A stretch of DNA of 64,000 nucleotides. Source: Phoronis australis. Lineage: Eukaryota; Animalia; Phoronida. Positions 35,931 to 48,575 of this stretch are shown here, piece after piece; the stretch's first letter is position 1, and each line of letters begins with the position of its first letter. Location: the NCBI GenBank assembly GCA_002633005.1, contig NMRA01000214.1, positions 612,090-676,089 on the forward strand, in the 5' to 3' direction. Under the pieces are notes generated by a model, which saw nothing but the letters and a program-made list of their open reading frames with translations, had not been told where the DNA came from and made no database searches. The position numbers were made by a program, and so were the translations under genes.

Positions 35931-37430
35931 AGAAAGAAGTAACAAAAACTTTTATATGATGCGGCTTGATGTGGCCTTCAATGTCACTGGCCTGGAACAA
36001 ATATTGAAATATGAATAATTAAGTACTCCAGGTTGGGTCAAAAATGCTTTCCCCTGTTTTTCAATAATATGATACGGTGACTGCCCTACAATTTCACACA
36101 AAGTTTAGTAATTACTATTTTCAGAAAGCAAGGGTGCATATAATAAGTATTGTATAAAATTGCGTCTTTATTGTTTATTCATAGCCATAACAATTCTTTA
36201 AAAGCATCACTTGTTTGCAAAATATGCAAGTTTTTGACACAATTTCAAACATTTGTTACCCATTTTCAAGCCTTTTTATTTTGATACTTTCAGCAATTTT
36301 AAATTCGATTACAGAACCAGGGGTCAGTCAAGCATACTTCTGGTCTAAGGCTGAGGTAACCGTATCCCATACTTTTATTTTTCTTCTAATAGAAGATATG
36401 AAGATTTGGGTCATTTAAAAATGGTGGATAATCTTTTTGTTGTTTAAGAGTAATTACAAATCGTAAGGCACCATCAAAAATTAAATTTTCACAAAAAATG
36501 GCGGTCATTCGAATTTATAAACGACTTGCAACATTTCAGGGCATCGAGTAATGACTATTCAGTCACTGAGAATTCAGATAATGTAATATAGATTTTTATG
36601 GGTATACACTTGATAGTAAAACAGTTTCATGAAATAAACTTGAAGGAACTTTGTGAAGGTTAAGAATTACCTCACCATGCTTTTCCCCCAAACATGTATT
36701 ACCTGTTATTTCCACACATTCAGTTCTACGAAATATTACAACCCCAACCCCCTATGCCAGTCCCCCGCTAGACCTGAATAAGTAAATTAACAAAATGACT
36801 TGCATACCTTTCTTTAAAAATAGCTGTTCCTTTTTAAAGGCTTTGTTCGTAGTCTCCAATATTGAAAGTAGGCTTTGACAACAGATCTGCACTGGATGGG
36901 AAGATCTTGGTGGTTAGCTGCAGTCAAATGCTTAAAACAAATTTTTGTCCATTCAGGGACGACGCAGAAGCAATGCATATCTCCTCTTGCACGGTACAAG
37001 CCCTCAAACCTAAAAACCAGGTCACATGAAAACGGACACGATAGATTCCATTTCAGGGTGTGATAGATTTCCGGAAGACATAGGATAGGGAGTAGTAAAC
37101 AAATAGTCTAATGGATATTTGTCACGTACCCTTTGCCATTGGGCTTGGATTGTAATCTTAACTCAATAACCAATATCGAGTTGACAGCATAAACGTTCAG
37201 CATTGATTTATGTAACTGTCACTGATAAACCTGTTATAAATCATTACAAACAATAATACTGCTTTGATGTACGAAAATATCCCAAATGCTACGTCAAGTA
37301 TCGTAACACACATCACAACAAAGATTAACCCGACTGGTGACTGCCGCGAAGTCGACATCGGCGAGTACCTCAGTTAACAGGAATCTGTAGAATAAACATG
37401 GAATAATCGTTAAAATAATCAAAACCTCAC

Positions 37431-37500
37431 CTTTGTATAAGGACGTACTTACTTCCTCTCATAGAAGCACCCTTTTCACGCAATCTCAGATTCAGTTGGT
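37431..37500 (-). pseudogene. SAP-domain exon of the ISL2EU second gene
   Basis: QLNLRLREKGASMRGSKYVLIQR followed by donor gtgag. Confidence 0.6.
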
Positions 37501-40500
37501 TCGGCTGCAAGCCATTTCATGATGTATTTAAAGGGCTCGCGAAATCGAGGCTGCTTATCTATCACCACTAGTACACGCGCGCCCTCTAGTTAATGTAAAT
37601 TTTCCGAATAGCCCCATTACTAACCACGATAATTAAAGTAGCACATACTTATTTCAAGAATTCAGATTGATGTCCTTCCTAAGCTAGATCGTAATCATAA
37701 AGCATAAAGAAGTCGCCTTAAGTACACATTTTACCCAAAAGCTAATTTTGTTAAAGCTGCATTTTAACCCAATTTAGCGATCCGAAGCCCCTCGAGGTTT
37801 AAACCATTACCACGCTCATCCGATATCGATTGAGTAGTCAACTGAAGTCACAGACAACCCGTGCATGAGCCATTTTCGAATTCGCACTGTTAGGATTGGC
37901 CAACCTCGGTTAACTTTGAAGTGTTTTCTTGAATCGCTGATGGTTTCGATGTCATGTTCATAACGGAAATTCATAAATGCTCTCCCAGTAAGACATCCGA
38001 TTTTATGAGAGGAAAGGCCATATTGATTTCCGTTTTTAGCTAGCTTCAACTGGGGGAACTTGTTGGCTCCATTTCAACGGCCGGGCATTTTCCTATCGAA
38101 TGCATTGCTTTGAACACGCTAATGGTCATTTAAATGACTGTAGCAACAGATAATCGGATGACGTAGGTTGGACACTAGTTCAGATCCTCGACAATCCATT
38201 CACCCTGTCACATAAACCTGTTCTCAGAACCCCTGGGCACGAGCTAATATCTTGAAGAAATGGACTAGGGATAGACAAACAAACAGTGGCTGTTTTAGAG
38301 GGGGGTCAAAGGGACCATGGACTCCACTGGATTTGTGCTAACTAGGTGATCACTGCTGAGATCTGAAAGGCAACATGAGCAAAGACAAATCTGCAAACAC
38401 ACACTTTTTCATTGCATTACGCGTCTTAACGTCTTCAAGCTCTCAAAATTCTTGATGATCGCAGGAACTAATTTTAATTAAAAGCTCCTTTGTTTGTTGT
38501 GCTAGGTGGAGAATTAATGTGTCTGAGATTTCCCTCACACGTTTTTTTGGAAAGCTTCTTTGTCAAAAAAGACATCCGAAATTTCACAAGATTTTTATTG
38601 TCGTTTTAGACATTAAGTCATTGCTCATAAAATAAACAAAAGGCAGTTTTAGAGGATAGCTTCACCAACTTCACAGCAAACCTGCGCATGCATGAATTTC
38701 AATTTCATCCTGTGCACAGACACGTGATTGATTTGCTGCACGAGCTTGGGTATCTGACTCGTGCCAATTTAGTCCTTTCTACATATTTATTTGCTGCATC
38801 ACTTTTGTTCAAAGCAATAAATTGACAACTGTCTTATACATGGTGTCAATTCTAACCAAATTCATACTAAACAACCATCAGAGAGGATTCGTTTTGGATT
38901 TTCTGAAGACAAAAGCTGCCCAAAAATTTGACCCATTTTCTTTAAATGGCGATCTGGAAGCGGCAATCGACCAAAGCGTTGGCTTTTATTGCGAAGACTT
39001 GCTATTACGAAGGGGTTATTACAAGTAGCAAAACAAGGAATAACTGGGGAAGTGTTTGGGTCGTATGTCCACAAGTATATTTGGCGTCTGGAATAAGCAC
39101 ACACTGCTGTAACGCCATACCTGTGACAAGCTACCAAAAATATCTCAGGAAGTATAGCAGATGTTTTTATATTTCATTATAAATATTATTTTGGTTGAAC
39201 TCAGGGCAATACTCTAATATAACGTACCCGTATTTTGAGAACCATTTTGATGCCAGTTATTCAGCGGAGAAAACTGGTTCACGGGCACGTTATATCGGAC
39301 CATTGCCTCAGGTTGTACCCAGAGCTATCTAACAATAAGCTGTTGCAACGAGGTAAAAGTAAACATGCACAGACAACATGAAGTGTAACGCGACACTGGT
39401 AGCCTGTTTGTAAAAAAGGATTCAAAATAATGAGCCCTGTTGCATAAAGCCAGTACACAATTGGATGTTCATGTTTATAAGGAAATAATGAACCGTGTTG
39501 GCTTTTCTCTGAGAGTGCCAGAAATAAGAGATCCAATTTACTTGTAAAAAAATATAGCAATAGAACCCGGTAATGGTGCCTTACTTGCAAACCAAGAACA
39601 AAAGTCTAAAAGCTCAACACTGGGGATGCCGTTGTTTCCTACAAAGATCCACTAGGAGTTCTTGATAAAACTGAAAAATTTCAAGACCCCGTTCCCTTGG
39701 GTACTGAATATTGCATACCTATCAGCCATTGCCGTTGGCTGTGTCATATGTTCTCGCCTGGACGTGAAATAGCATCAAAAGTCAAACCTAAGTCTCAAAT
39801 AAGCCGCTAAACCTGGCGTTCTGTTGTTACAAACTTCCATCTTTCTTTACATTTGCTCTTCCAAAGCAACCTCGTTGCGTTGCCCTTTGTTTGGTTCGAA
39901 AGTTATAACAATACCCGAGTCCCAGATTTCGTTCACCATCTTAAATATATTTCAATTTGGTAGAGTAAACACACCAGTTCACCTGCGTTTCCCACGTAAG
40001 TGGACTGGGGAGTACGGTCTGTTCAAGCCTGCATTTTCGGAAGATCTGGGATGGATTGTCCAAAGGTTGAATTGTGCCATTTCCAAAATACTCAGGATTG
40101 TGGTAAACTTTCTTCTTGAGAAACTTCTATGCTCAAAGTTGGAGCCCATTGTCGGTAAATACGGTACTTTGCAAGGCCGGCGACGTTTTCACTAAGTCCA
40201 CCCCATGATCAACAGTTATATTGTTAGTTTCCCCTAGATACAAAGAAAATACAAATCTTGAGAATTTTGAATGAAATACTTATCATTGCAATCTAAAGTT
40301 ATTGCGTTCACCAATCACCCCGGCATCCGATTACCAGCGAAGCGGAGATCACTGAATAATCTAAAAACAATACATGTCCAAACAACCCCGTAGCATTTAA
40401 GTACTGATGACAAATGTATTATTAAGAGCTACTTTCGCCATTTACTTGACATTTTAAGAGAAATATGCATTTTGTTGTTGGTCAGTAGAGCGCAATGTAA

Positions 40501-41194
40501 AAATGAACGTTTATTCACATCGTGTTTAGTCAATTTTATTCCGTTGTGTCAAAATTCTTGAGAACGTAAAAACTACCATTAATTGGTGCAAGGCTCTAGA
40601 CTAGGTAACTGTCTCAGGTACACGCGCACAAACAATGGCAATACCTTTGTTGGCAACTAGGACCGCCAAGTTGGCAAAAATAAACAAATAATACGAACTT
40701 AGAGCTTTTTTCGAGTACATAATTTACGCCGCAAAATAATTTGTTTGCGCTGTTAATAATTAATTTACACCGTTAATTATTTTACGCCACTAACAAGAAT
40801 TAATTTACATGTGTTAAATTCACCCATTTGGCCAACGATAGCCATTAGCAGGAACACTTGACCTTGGTCGATTTTGTTCCTGATGGATTACGCGGCATGA
40901 TTATTACAGAGAGTAAATTATCTTCACATTTCAGGTTTCGTTCTCACGATCATCCGTGGTCATTAGTCATTATGAAATTGTTTCGGTTTGAGAGAATCTT
41001 ATGTCTAACCCAAATAAACACTGCTGTTCTTATACGGACATAAAAAGTTAATAGCGATCATATCTAAAATAGTGCCGGACTAGGTACACGGCTAGTGGAC
41101 GGAAAGTTATAATACGTTGTCACAAATGTAAATTTCTTATTACTCTCTCTAGCACTACATCATCGATCAGTGCCCTTCTCTAAACTTTTTGCAT

Positions 41195-41340
41195 TTATCT
41201 TTTTATCGGACAAGTCTCTGAAGTGAACTTTGGAAATAACGTTCTTAAAGACGATTAATTTTGATATAAGATACGTTCAGCCGTCTTTTTATCGACCAAG
41301 TCTCTGAAATGAACTTTGAAAATAACATTCTTAAAGACTA
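41195..41340. repeat. Tandem duplication with ~87-bp period
   Basis: tctttttatcg..caagtctctgaa.tgaacttt.gaaataac.ttcttaaagac occurs twice. Confidence 0.75.
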
Positions 41341-42963
41341 TGCCATTTAACTTTGATACGACTTGGGTTGAACTTGGACTGTTTTTACAATTTCTCTAAT
41401 GACGTATCTTGCAGGCTCACAGCTGTACATGTAGCCCGCATAGTGCATTGTTATTCCCCTGCAACACGTCCTACTTACTGGGCACGGTTCAATGATTTCC
41501 GGAGAATCACTTTCGCCACAAAAAACAATTGTTAAAAACATTTGGCAATTTTCAACCTATGTTATGTTCACATCGTCGCTACATGTTGTGGTTCTAACTA
41601 ATTTTTCCAAGCATTCGTAGAGATAAGGAATTAGCCTGCAAGTTCCACTCCAAGATTATTTTCAAGAAGTTAGATATAATAACCCTGGTGGTAAATAAAA
41701 AAAAACAAACAAAAGAACACTAAGACACGTTTTCCCTCAGCCACAGACTGGGTTTTTTATAGATCTACTCAAGCGCCAAAGTAAAAAATTGATGTTTTAA
41801 CTGTCAAAAACAAAATGCGGACACGTTATATCCGACTATTACAAGGACAACAACGTCAATTCACAACAAAACAATGGTCGGGCGCAACAACGAAAATACT
41901 TGTTCCGTACAAATGCAGCCTTGACAATTTCGTCAAAAAGACGTCGTGTGTTAGGGCATTTCCGGACCATTGCATGGCAACCATTTGAAACCCGAGTGGC
42001 TGAAAAAGGTGGATGGCAACAGTATCCACATCCGCACATGTACATGTATACAATGTTGTCTATGCGAAGTTTGCTGCACGGAAGCGTATATATATTACAT
42101 GGCGATTAACATTTGCAAAGATGAAAGTTACAACCCAATTCGTTTTGACGTTTCAGATGGACCCAACTGGCAAAGACATCTGGGGTACGTTGCATAGACG
42201 CACGAAACTAGCGAAAAAGCAAGATCACACAAAACCATGCGAGTGAAAGGCGACGTGTTTTGCGAATGCGCTCCAACGAGTATCTTACTATCGCACATGG
42301 CACCATGGTGTCTCCTGCACTGATTGGTCGGAGAGGTAGGACTGCTGAATTATTAGGTAACATTTATTGTTTCCGTCTCATCAGCAGATTTTTCATTGCA
42401 AAAGCTTTGCGAGCGTCTTACGTCTATGGAACGCGATCGTCGTATGTAAAGCTGGAAGTCGACATCAAGAACCAACCAAATGTTCAACTGTGCAAATCAA
42501 GTGCAGTTTACGATTTTCTATGATCTGTGTTTATTGACGGAATATGTCATAAAGCACACATACATGTAAGCGTGTCACACTCCGTTTTCAGTTACGTCCT
42601 CGCATTTCCGGATATTTCCGTCAGTTTCGAGCAAACAATGGTCAATTTCTTGGATTGAAAGCAAGTCATTGGCTACTTATCACTCAATATGAAAATCAAT
42701 GAAACACACATACACAAAGACAATCTCACAGTAGTATTTAAGAACTAACGTTGATCGATATTTTTACAAGGTCTCGGTGACAGTGGCCGCAGCACGCGGT
42801 TGCTCGTCTACATAATGTCCATGGTGGTATGAGTCATTATCTTTTCTCTGATTACCGGTATTCCATCTTATTAGCAATTATTTTTCCCAGCGCACTCAGT
42901 CAGTGGTGCCTTATCTTGGCGTTGACACGTACACTGTATAGTTTGCGCTTCTTCTACTTTCAG

Positions 42964-43171
42964 ATGGCGGCTAAGGCCGTAAAACCTTCTTCAGTGGATC
43001 GTGGATACGCCTGGGTCGTTTTGCTGGCCGGTGTGCTCGGGAACATCCTACTAGGCGGTGCTTGTTACAGTTCAGGGGTAATAAACGTCCTGTTCTTGGA
43101 CGCCTTCCGTGACACGAGATCAAAAACTGCGTGGATAAGTGCTCTGAACGTCTCCCTTCTATCTGCTGCAG
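42964..43171 (+). CDS. SLC16 copy B coding exon 1
   Basis: ttctactttcag|ATG ... G|gtatgt. Confidence 0.92.
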
Positions 43172-46100
43172 GTATGTTCGAAATCATCATCACAAATTGC
43201 AACCATGATCTTACCATGCATAGGCTACTTCTTGTGTTCGAATGCCGCACGTGGGCCTCCATTGTACTGCTGAGAATAAAAAGCGTGACCACTGAACATG
43301 CCCGCTTCATATACCATATCACCCCAGCGTGCAAGTTTAGGTGACGTTGCGGCAAACCACATGGCTAAAACCGGGAATCAAATCTAAAGCAATAACCGTT
43401 GATCGCAAAAATCAATTTTCGGTTTAGATCACTTGCCACTGTGAAATTAGTCTGAGTTGTTCCTTCAGTCAATTTGGACATGATTTCAGGTGGCGAGGGT
43501 TTTTTAACTGGCAACGTGTCTTGACTTACAGAGCGGTAGCTGTTGACGAGTTTTCTGTTAACGATTAAAGCCACTAGAGAAACCTGCGTCAAAAACGATA
43601 TATATTGAGAGTCGTATCTCCATCAAAAGCATAGTTATCGCGTCCTTGATCTATGTTTATATTGAAGGTGATCACTATAAAAAAAACGTTTTGGTCCGTT
43701 TGATGAAAAGTGACATCAGACTTAAGTCAGACATTTTGTCTTAGGTTCCAAACAACTTTAATGAAAAATGCTGTAATGAAAAATAAATTAAGGTTCTAGG
43801 ACCTTAATAAACGACCTCAGCTCTAAGTTAAATATCGAAAAAATGTGCTTTGTCAACCATTAAAAGTATGTATTTTCTGAAAATAGAAAGGTCGAGGATT
43901 CGAGGATTCTAAAATATGCTTCTTACTAATGTGTCTTTATTACTGTCACTTGACCACGTTTTAAGTCAAAATTTCATGCGTAATAAAAGTACATTCGTAG
44001 CAAAACACCCCACCCATCCGATTTTACTAAAACTTTTTTCAAATGAAAACTTTAGATTACCTCTCAAAACGCTGTTAGGATTTTGCTATAAAATGTCTAC
44101 TTTTAGATCACTGAGGTATGTACGAGCAAGACATTTGTTTTTTTTTTAAATAAACCCGAACTAAGTGAATAACAAAAAATTCCTGGGTGCGGAAGACCAA
44201 ATTTCTGACTTAAGTTTTAGGTCGCTTTTCATGAAACAGACATCCGGAATATCCTTGACGTCCATATACGGCTTCGGTATCCACTTCTAATCCCCCATGC
44301 CAAGCGATTTCGAGTACCAAGATTAGATCCCAGGCCCTGAACGTGGTTTACGGCGCCTTCACGCTTAACGTCTCTTGTTGAACTCCGGTATCTTTAATTT
44401 TTGTAGGCCACCATACTTGTAAAGTTCAAACCAGTCCCTTTTTGATGAATGCACTAGTGAAAAAAAAATGTACATGGCATCTTCGCTGTTGTTTTCATAA
44501 AAATTGCTGAAAAAACCCCAGTGTCCCAGAGCACACGCAATGCTGAAACGTGAACATCGGAATGACAGCTCCACTAAGTAACGGCACTGGTGACACATGA
44601 ACATTGCAAAACCATTCCTTTTAGGTAGCCATCTTAAATTCCAATATAGCTGCGGGACAATAATTTTTCTTGACAATCTCCCAATCACAAGACATCACTG
44701 TGTAAAAGTTCATAACTAATGTCCAGATCACGTGTCTTTCGGAGCACGGAACAGTACACCAATAACTTTCACACTTACCTGAAGAGTGAACCGATTTTTC
44801 ATTAGAATTACACTTGTATTAATCATCAACAATCTGAACAAGGGAAACTATAAAAACTGTACAGAAGTTGAATTTGTTTGAAGGAATAAGTACATGATGT
44901 ATAACTACATGCATAGCGCTAGGTAATTACATCGCCCTGTATGCCGCATTTCAAATTACAGCAAATAAAATCAAATGAACCATACATAAAGGAGCACGGA
45001 GTTATAGTTAACACATACCATGACTCTGGATACGATTTAGTCAGCAAAACCTGACAGAACAAATTGATGAAACTCTGTCGCGGTTTGCTCGATTTTCGAT
45101 TTTCTCATACCGGGTGCCATTTTGAGACAGTTACGTGAAATCCCGCATGTTGACGAATAAAAAGTCCAAGGAACACAAATCTTACAAATTTCACCTGATA
45201 CCTTCGCATACCACCTGATACTTTCACATACTATTTTGCAAGTGTCACGCGCCAGCGTCACGCGTTTCGCTCAGTCTTTCGCTAGCCTTTGCCTAACTCA
45301 CGTGACCCAGTTGACATACTTGTGGTTATCGCGCGTATGGTGAAAAAGTTAACGGCAACCAAAAAAGTGGAGTTGGACTACTTCGCCAAAGTCAACTTAA
45401 TTCTCACAACTAAGCTTCATCGAAGATATGTATAGAAGTAAAAAGGACCAATGATGAAAGTAAGAGCTTTTTTAAATGATAGTTTTAAGTGTGGAATGTA
45501 TTTTTGACGAGGTGAAAACTCAAAATCGGTGACCGGATTTGGGTTACCGCCCGTTTAAAATACATGTAACGAAATGCGTACAGGAAGCTAATGGAACTAT
45601 TGTAGCACTTAAATGGCCAACCGTGTTGCCTAGCATAGCGCCTGCTACCACCGACTTACCATTGGCAAATTCATTTTCATTCTAGGACCCTTGTCCGGTA
45701 CATTTGTAAAACTGGTCGGCTTTCGGTGGACGATTATCATTGGTGGTCTACTGACAACTACTGGTTGTATCGCCAGTACGTTCTGTTCAAACACATCACA
45801 GTTGATTCTAACATATGGATTTGTCTCAGGTGAGAATGTAGTTCAGTGCGGATTAGCAACAGGATCGCGCGAGTAGCATACCCGAACGCTGCCTGTTGGT
45901 CGTCTTTGAGTTTTCAGCTTTTCATTCATGTCGGCCTCATGCTTGAAATTGGGTAGTGCACAAATCTGACAGTGTTCAACGCATTACTGGGATCTCAATT
46001 TTTTACAACTTCCACGCGGGTCGAGGGACGCGGGTAATGGATTTTTATGGAATCAGTGTGGACTGGCTGGGTTGTTTAAAAACAATGATTTGGAAAGTGT

Positions 46101-48575
46101 GAACGCAGGGCTGTTTGTAAAGTTCAATTTTATTTTTTTACATAAAAATATCGCATTACTGTTTGTTATGTACCTACTTAAACGTTTTTACTTCAGGTCT
46201 CGGACTTGGCATTGCCTACACTCCAATCGTTACAAGTATCGGATACTACTTTGACAAGTATAGGACTATGGCTGCTGCCGTGAGCAGCGTTGGTGCTGGT
46301 GTGGGCACGTTCGTTTTCGCGCCAATTACCCAGACTCTGGCGGACATGTACGATTGGAAAGGAGCCATTTTGTTGATAGGTGGAATTCAACTACATTTGT
46401 GCATCTGCGGGGCATTGATTCGCCCACTCGAAGATGTCACCAATGAGAAGAAAACACTTTGCGAGCCGGGGGATGATGTTATTAATTCCTTGAAGGGAAT
46501 TGAAATACAAGAAAAGGCTCCCCGTGCAAGAGGCGAAGGAAACCTGTATAGAAATGGCATATTTTATATTATTTCATTCAGTATCCTGTTCACAACCTTA
46601 GGACAATTTATTGTATACATTCATTTGTCGGCGTACGCGCTGACAGTCGGTACAACTCCTAACGATGCTGCGTTTTTGGCTGCAGTCGTTGGGATAACAA
46701 GCCTGATTGGACGTTTCGTTTTTTCGTCGCCCGCCACCGATGTCAAAATAGGAAGCTTGCTCATGTACGCCGGCTCGCTTGGAGTGAATGGCTTACTTTT
46801 GTTATTAACTCCGTTATTGATGCCGGAATATTGGGGACAACTAGTGGTCGCTTGCCTGTTCGGTTTCTATGGCAACGGCTGGATTCCTTTGTTGACCCCG
46901 CTAAACGTGGAATATCTTGGACTCCATATGCTGACGTCAGCTTTTGGGGGTGAGATGCTCATGTCCGGGATAGGAAGCCTTTTAGGACCCCCTCTGGCGG
47001 GTAAGAGTATTCTAACGTTTATCTTACAGCTCTCAATAATTCAATCAGGTAAAAATTTTGCACCTGAGATATCACATTTTGGACACCAACTTTGGAATAA
47101 CCAGTGACGGATTTCGGGGCACGGCACAACGGGGCCATGCCCCCCTAAAATTCTCCTAGATACCATTTGGCAGTTGGGGGTGCGTTTACTTTTTTTAGTT
47201 ATAAGGTCCACCAACCCAAAAAATCGAGACCACTGCATTCCTACATTTTAGGCTGGGGCGCGCTCATGTGGCGAAATTCTGTGCCCTGGTCCCCCCAAAT
47301 CAAAATCCTGGATCCGCCCCTGATACCTGTTTTGAATAATCTTGAGTGGTGTATATGCGTGTTTTTCACAAGAATTAACCTTCAATCTTTTCCATAAGCA
47401 CCATTTATTATTTATTTCAGACGACATTCCATGATTTCCGCGCAGAGGTTGCGAAATTTGGAATAGTCGAGACCAGCGCGACAAAATCTGATGTGACACA
47501 AAACTAATACTTCTTTGAAAATTTCTTTTTCAGCTGTCGCAGTTAAAGTGATGTAAGCACGTCATGACAAGTAATTTTCTGCAGCCTCTAGAGTCGGTGC
47601 TTTGCAAAAGAAATCAGTCGCCTCGCGTCTCAGTCGCTCGTCTTGGAACTGCACAATGACCTGTAATCACCCAAGTATTGATCGGTTTCAGAAGAGAAGG
47701 CAGACGTTCATCAAGCAACGTTAACTGTTTAGCTCGTAATTGTAAATTAGTCTGTCATGATGTTGTATGTGATACAATACACTGATGCCATTGCTGCGGT
47801 TTGTCGTATAGCAGCGGTTTGTTAATCCTAATGTAATTTCAGGATGGCTATACGACACGACTGAATCTTACGAATACGGATTTTATCTTGCTGGTAAGGA
47901 TTGGTGTACTAAAACCCATATAGACCGTGTGCGGCGTTAAAAAATTCATAGTTTTTCACTAGTGTTATTTGGCTCGCGGTCATTGCGCTCCTAATTCTTT
48001 GTTTCAATCTGTGGCAATAAATTGGTCTGAAGCAATAACAGTCAAACGAAACATAAAGCGCATGCAGGCGATTTCTTGGACGATCCTGTATATACAGCAA
48101 GCACTTTTCCTGGTTCATTCTCCACAAATCATTCATCTTGCTCTTATAAGTCACCCAATCTCGTAAAAAACATCTTTCTGCTTTCGTTAGCAAGGATTGT
48201 TAGTGGGCCAAGGTGAAGGACGGTCGCAGTGCTTACATTTTCACGCACTCTACTTGGCTAGGTTAAATAGCTAGATTGACATGTCAGATCTTTCCATTAG
48301 CACACAGCCTGACTGTCGAGTGGATACTCGGGTCGCAACCCGTGCCACCGCGTACATAATTGAAAAATAACATGCAGTATGAATCCTGACAAAAATCATG
48401 CACGTTTCACATGGTGAAAAGATCGAAGGTCTTGACTTATTTAATATCATGAACAGGGATCCTGATACTTCTGAGTAGCGGTCTGATGATGACGATATCC
48501 CTAGTGCCGAAGAAATCATCAAACGTGGAGGATGACATACCCAATGATGGAAAAGAACTCGACATTTTAGTGTAA
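42964..48575 (+). CDS. SLC16/MCT-family MFS transporter, copy B. Coding exons 42964-43171, 45686-45829, 46197-47000, 47843-47893, 48457-48575; 441 aa
   Basis: Same exon lengths (208/144/804/51/119), phases and motifs as copy A; frame intact. Confidence 0.93.
45686..45829 (+). CDS. SLC16 copy B coding exon 2
   Basis: ttttcattctag|GA ... G|gtgaga. Confidence 0.92.
46197..47000 (+). CDS. SLC16 copy B coding exon 3
   Basis: tacttcag|GT ... G|gtaaga; inside ORF 46163..47107. Confidence 0.95.
47102..47322. mobile_element. hAT-like MITE in copy B intron 3
   Basis: cagtgacggatttc / ctggatccgcccctg termini; absent at the paralogous copy A site (~27350). Confidence 0.7.
47843..47893 (+). CDS. SLC16 copy B coding exon 4
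   Basis: aatttcag|GA ... G|gtaagg. Confidence 0.92.
48457..48575 (+). CDS. SLC16 copy B coding exon 5
   Basis: gaacag|GG ... GTG TAA. Confidence 0.82.

Larger units (their letters stand above)
33751..37615. mobile_element. ISL2EU-like (PIF/Harbinger-related) DNA transposon, decayed
   Basis: TIR GGGGCTATTC / GAATAGCCCC with AT on both flanks; subterminal tgtactagtggtgat / atcaccactagtaca; convergent THAP and SAP-YqaJ remnants. Confidence 0.82.
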
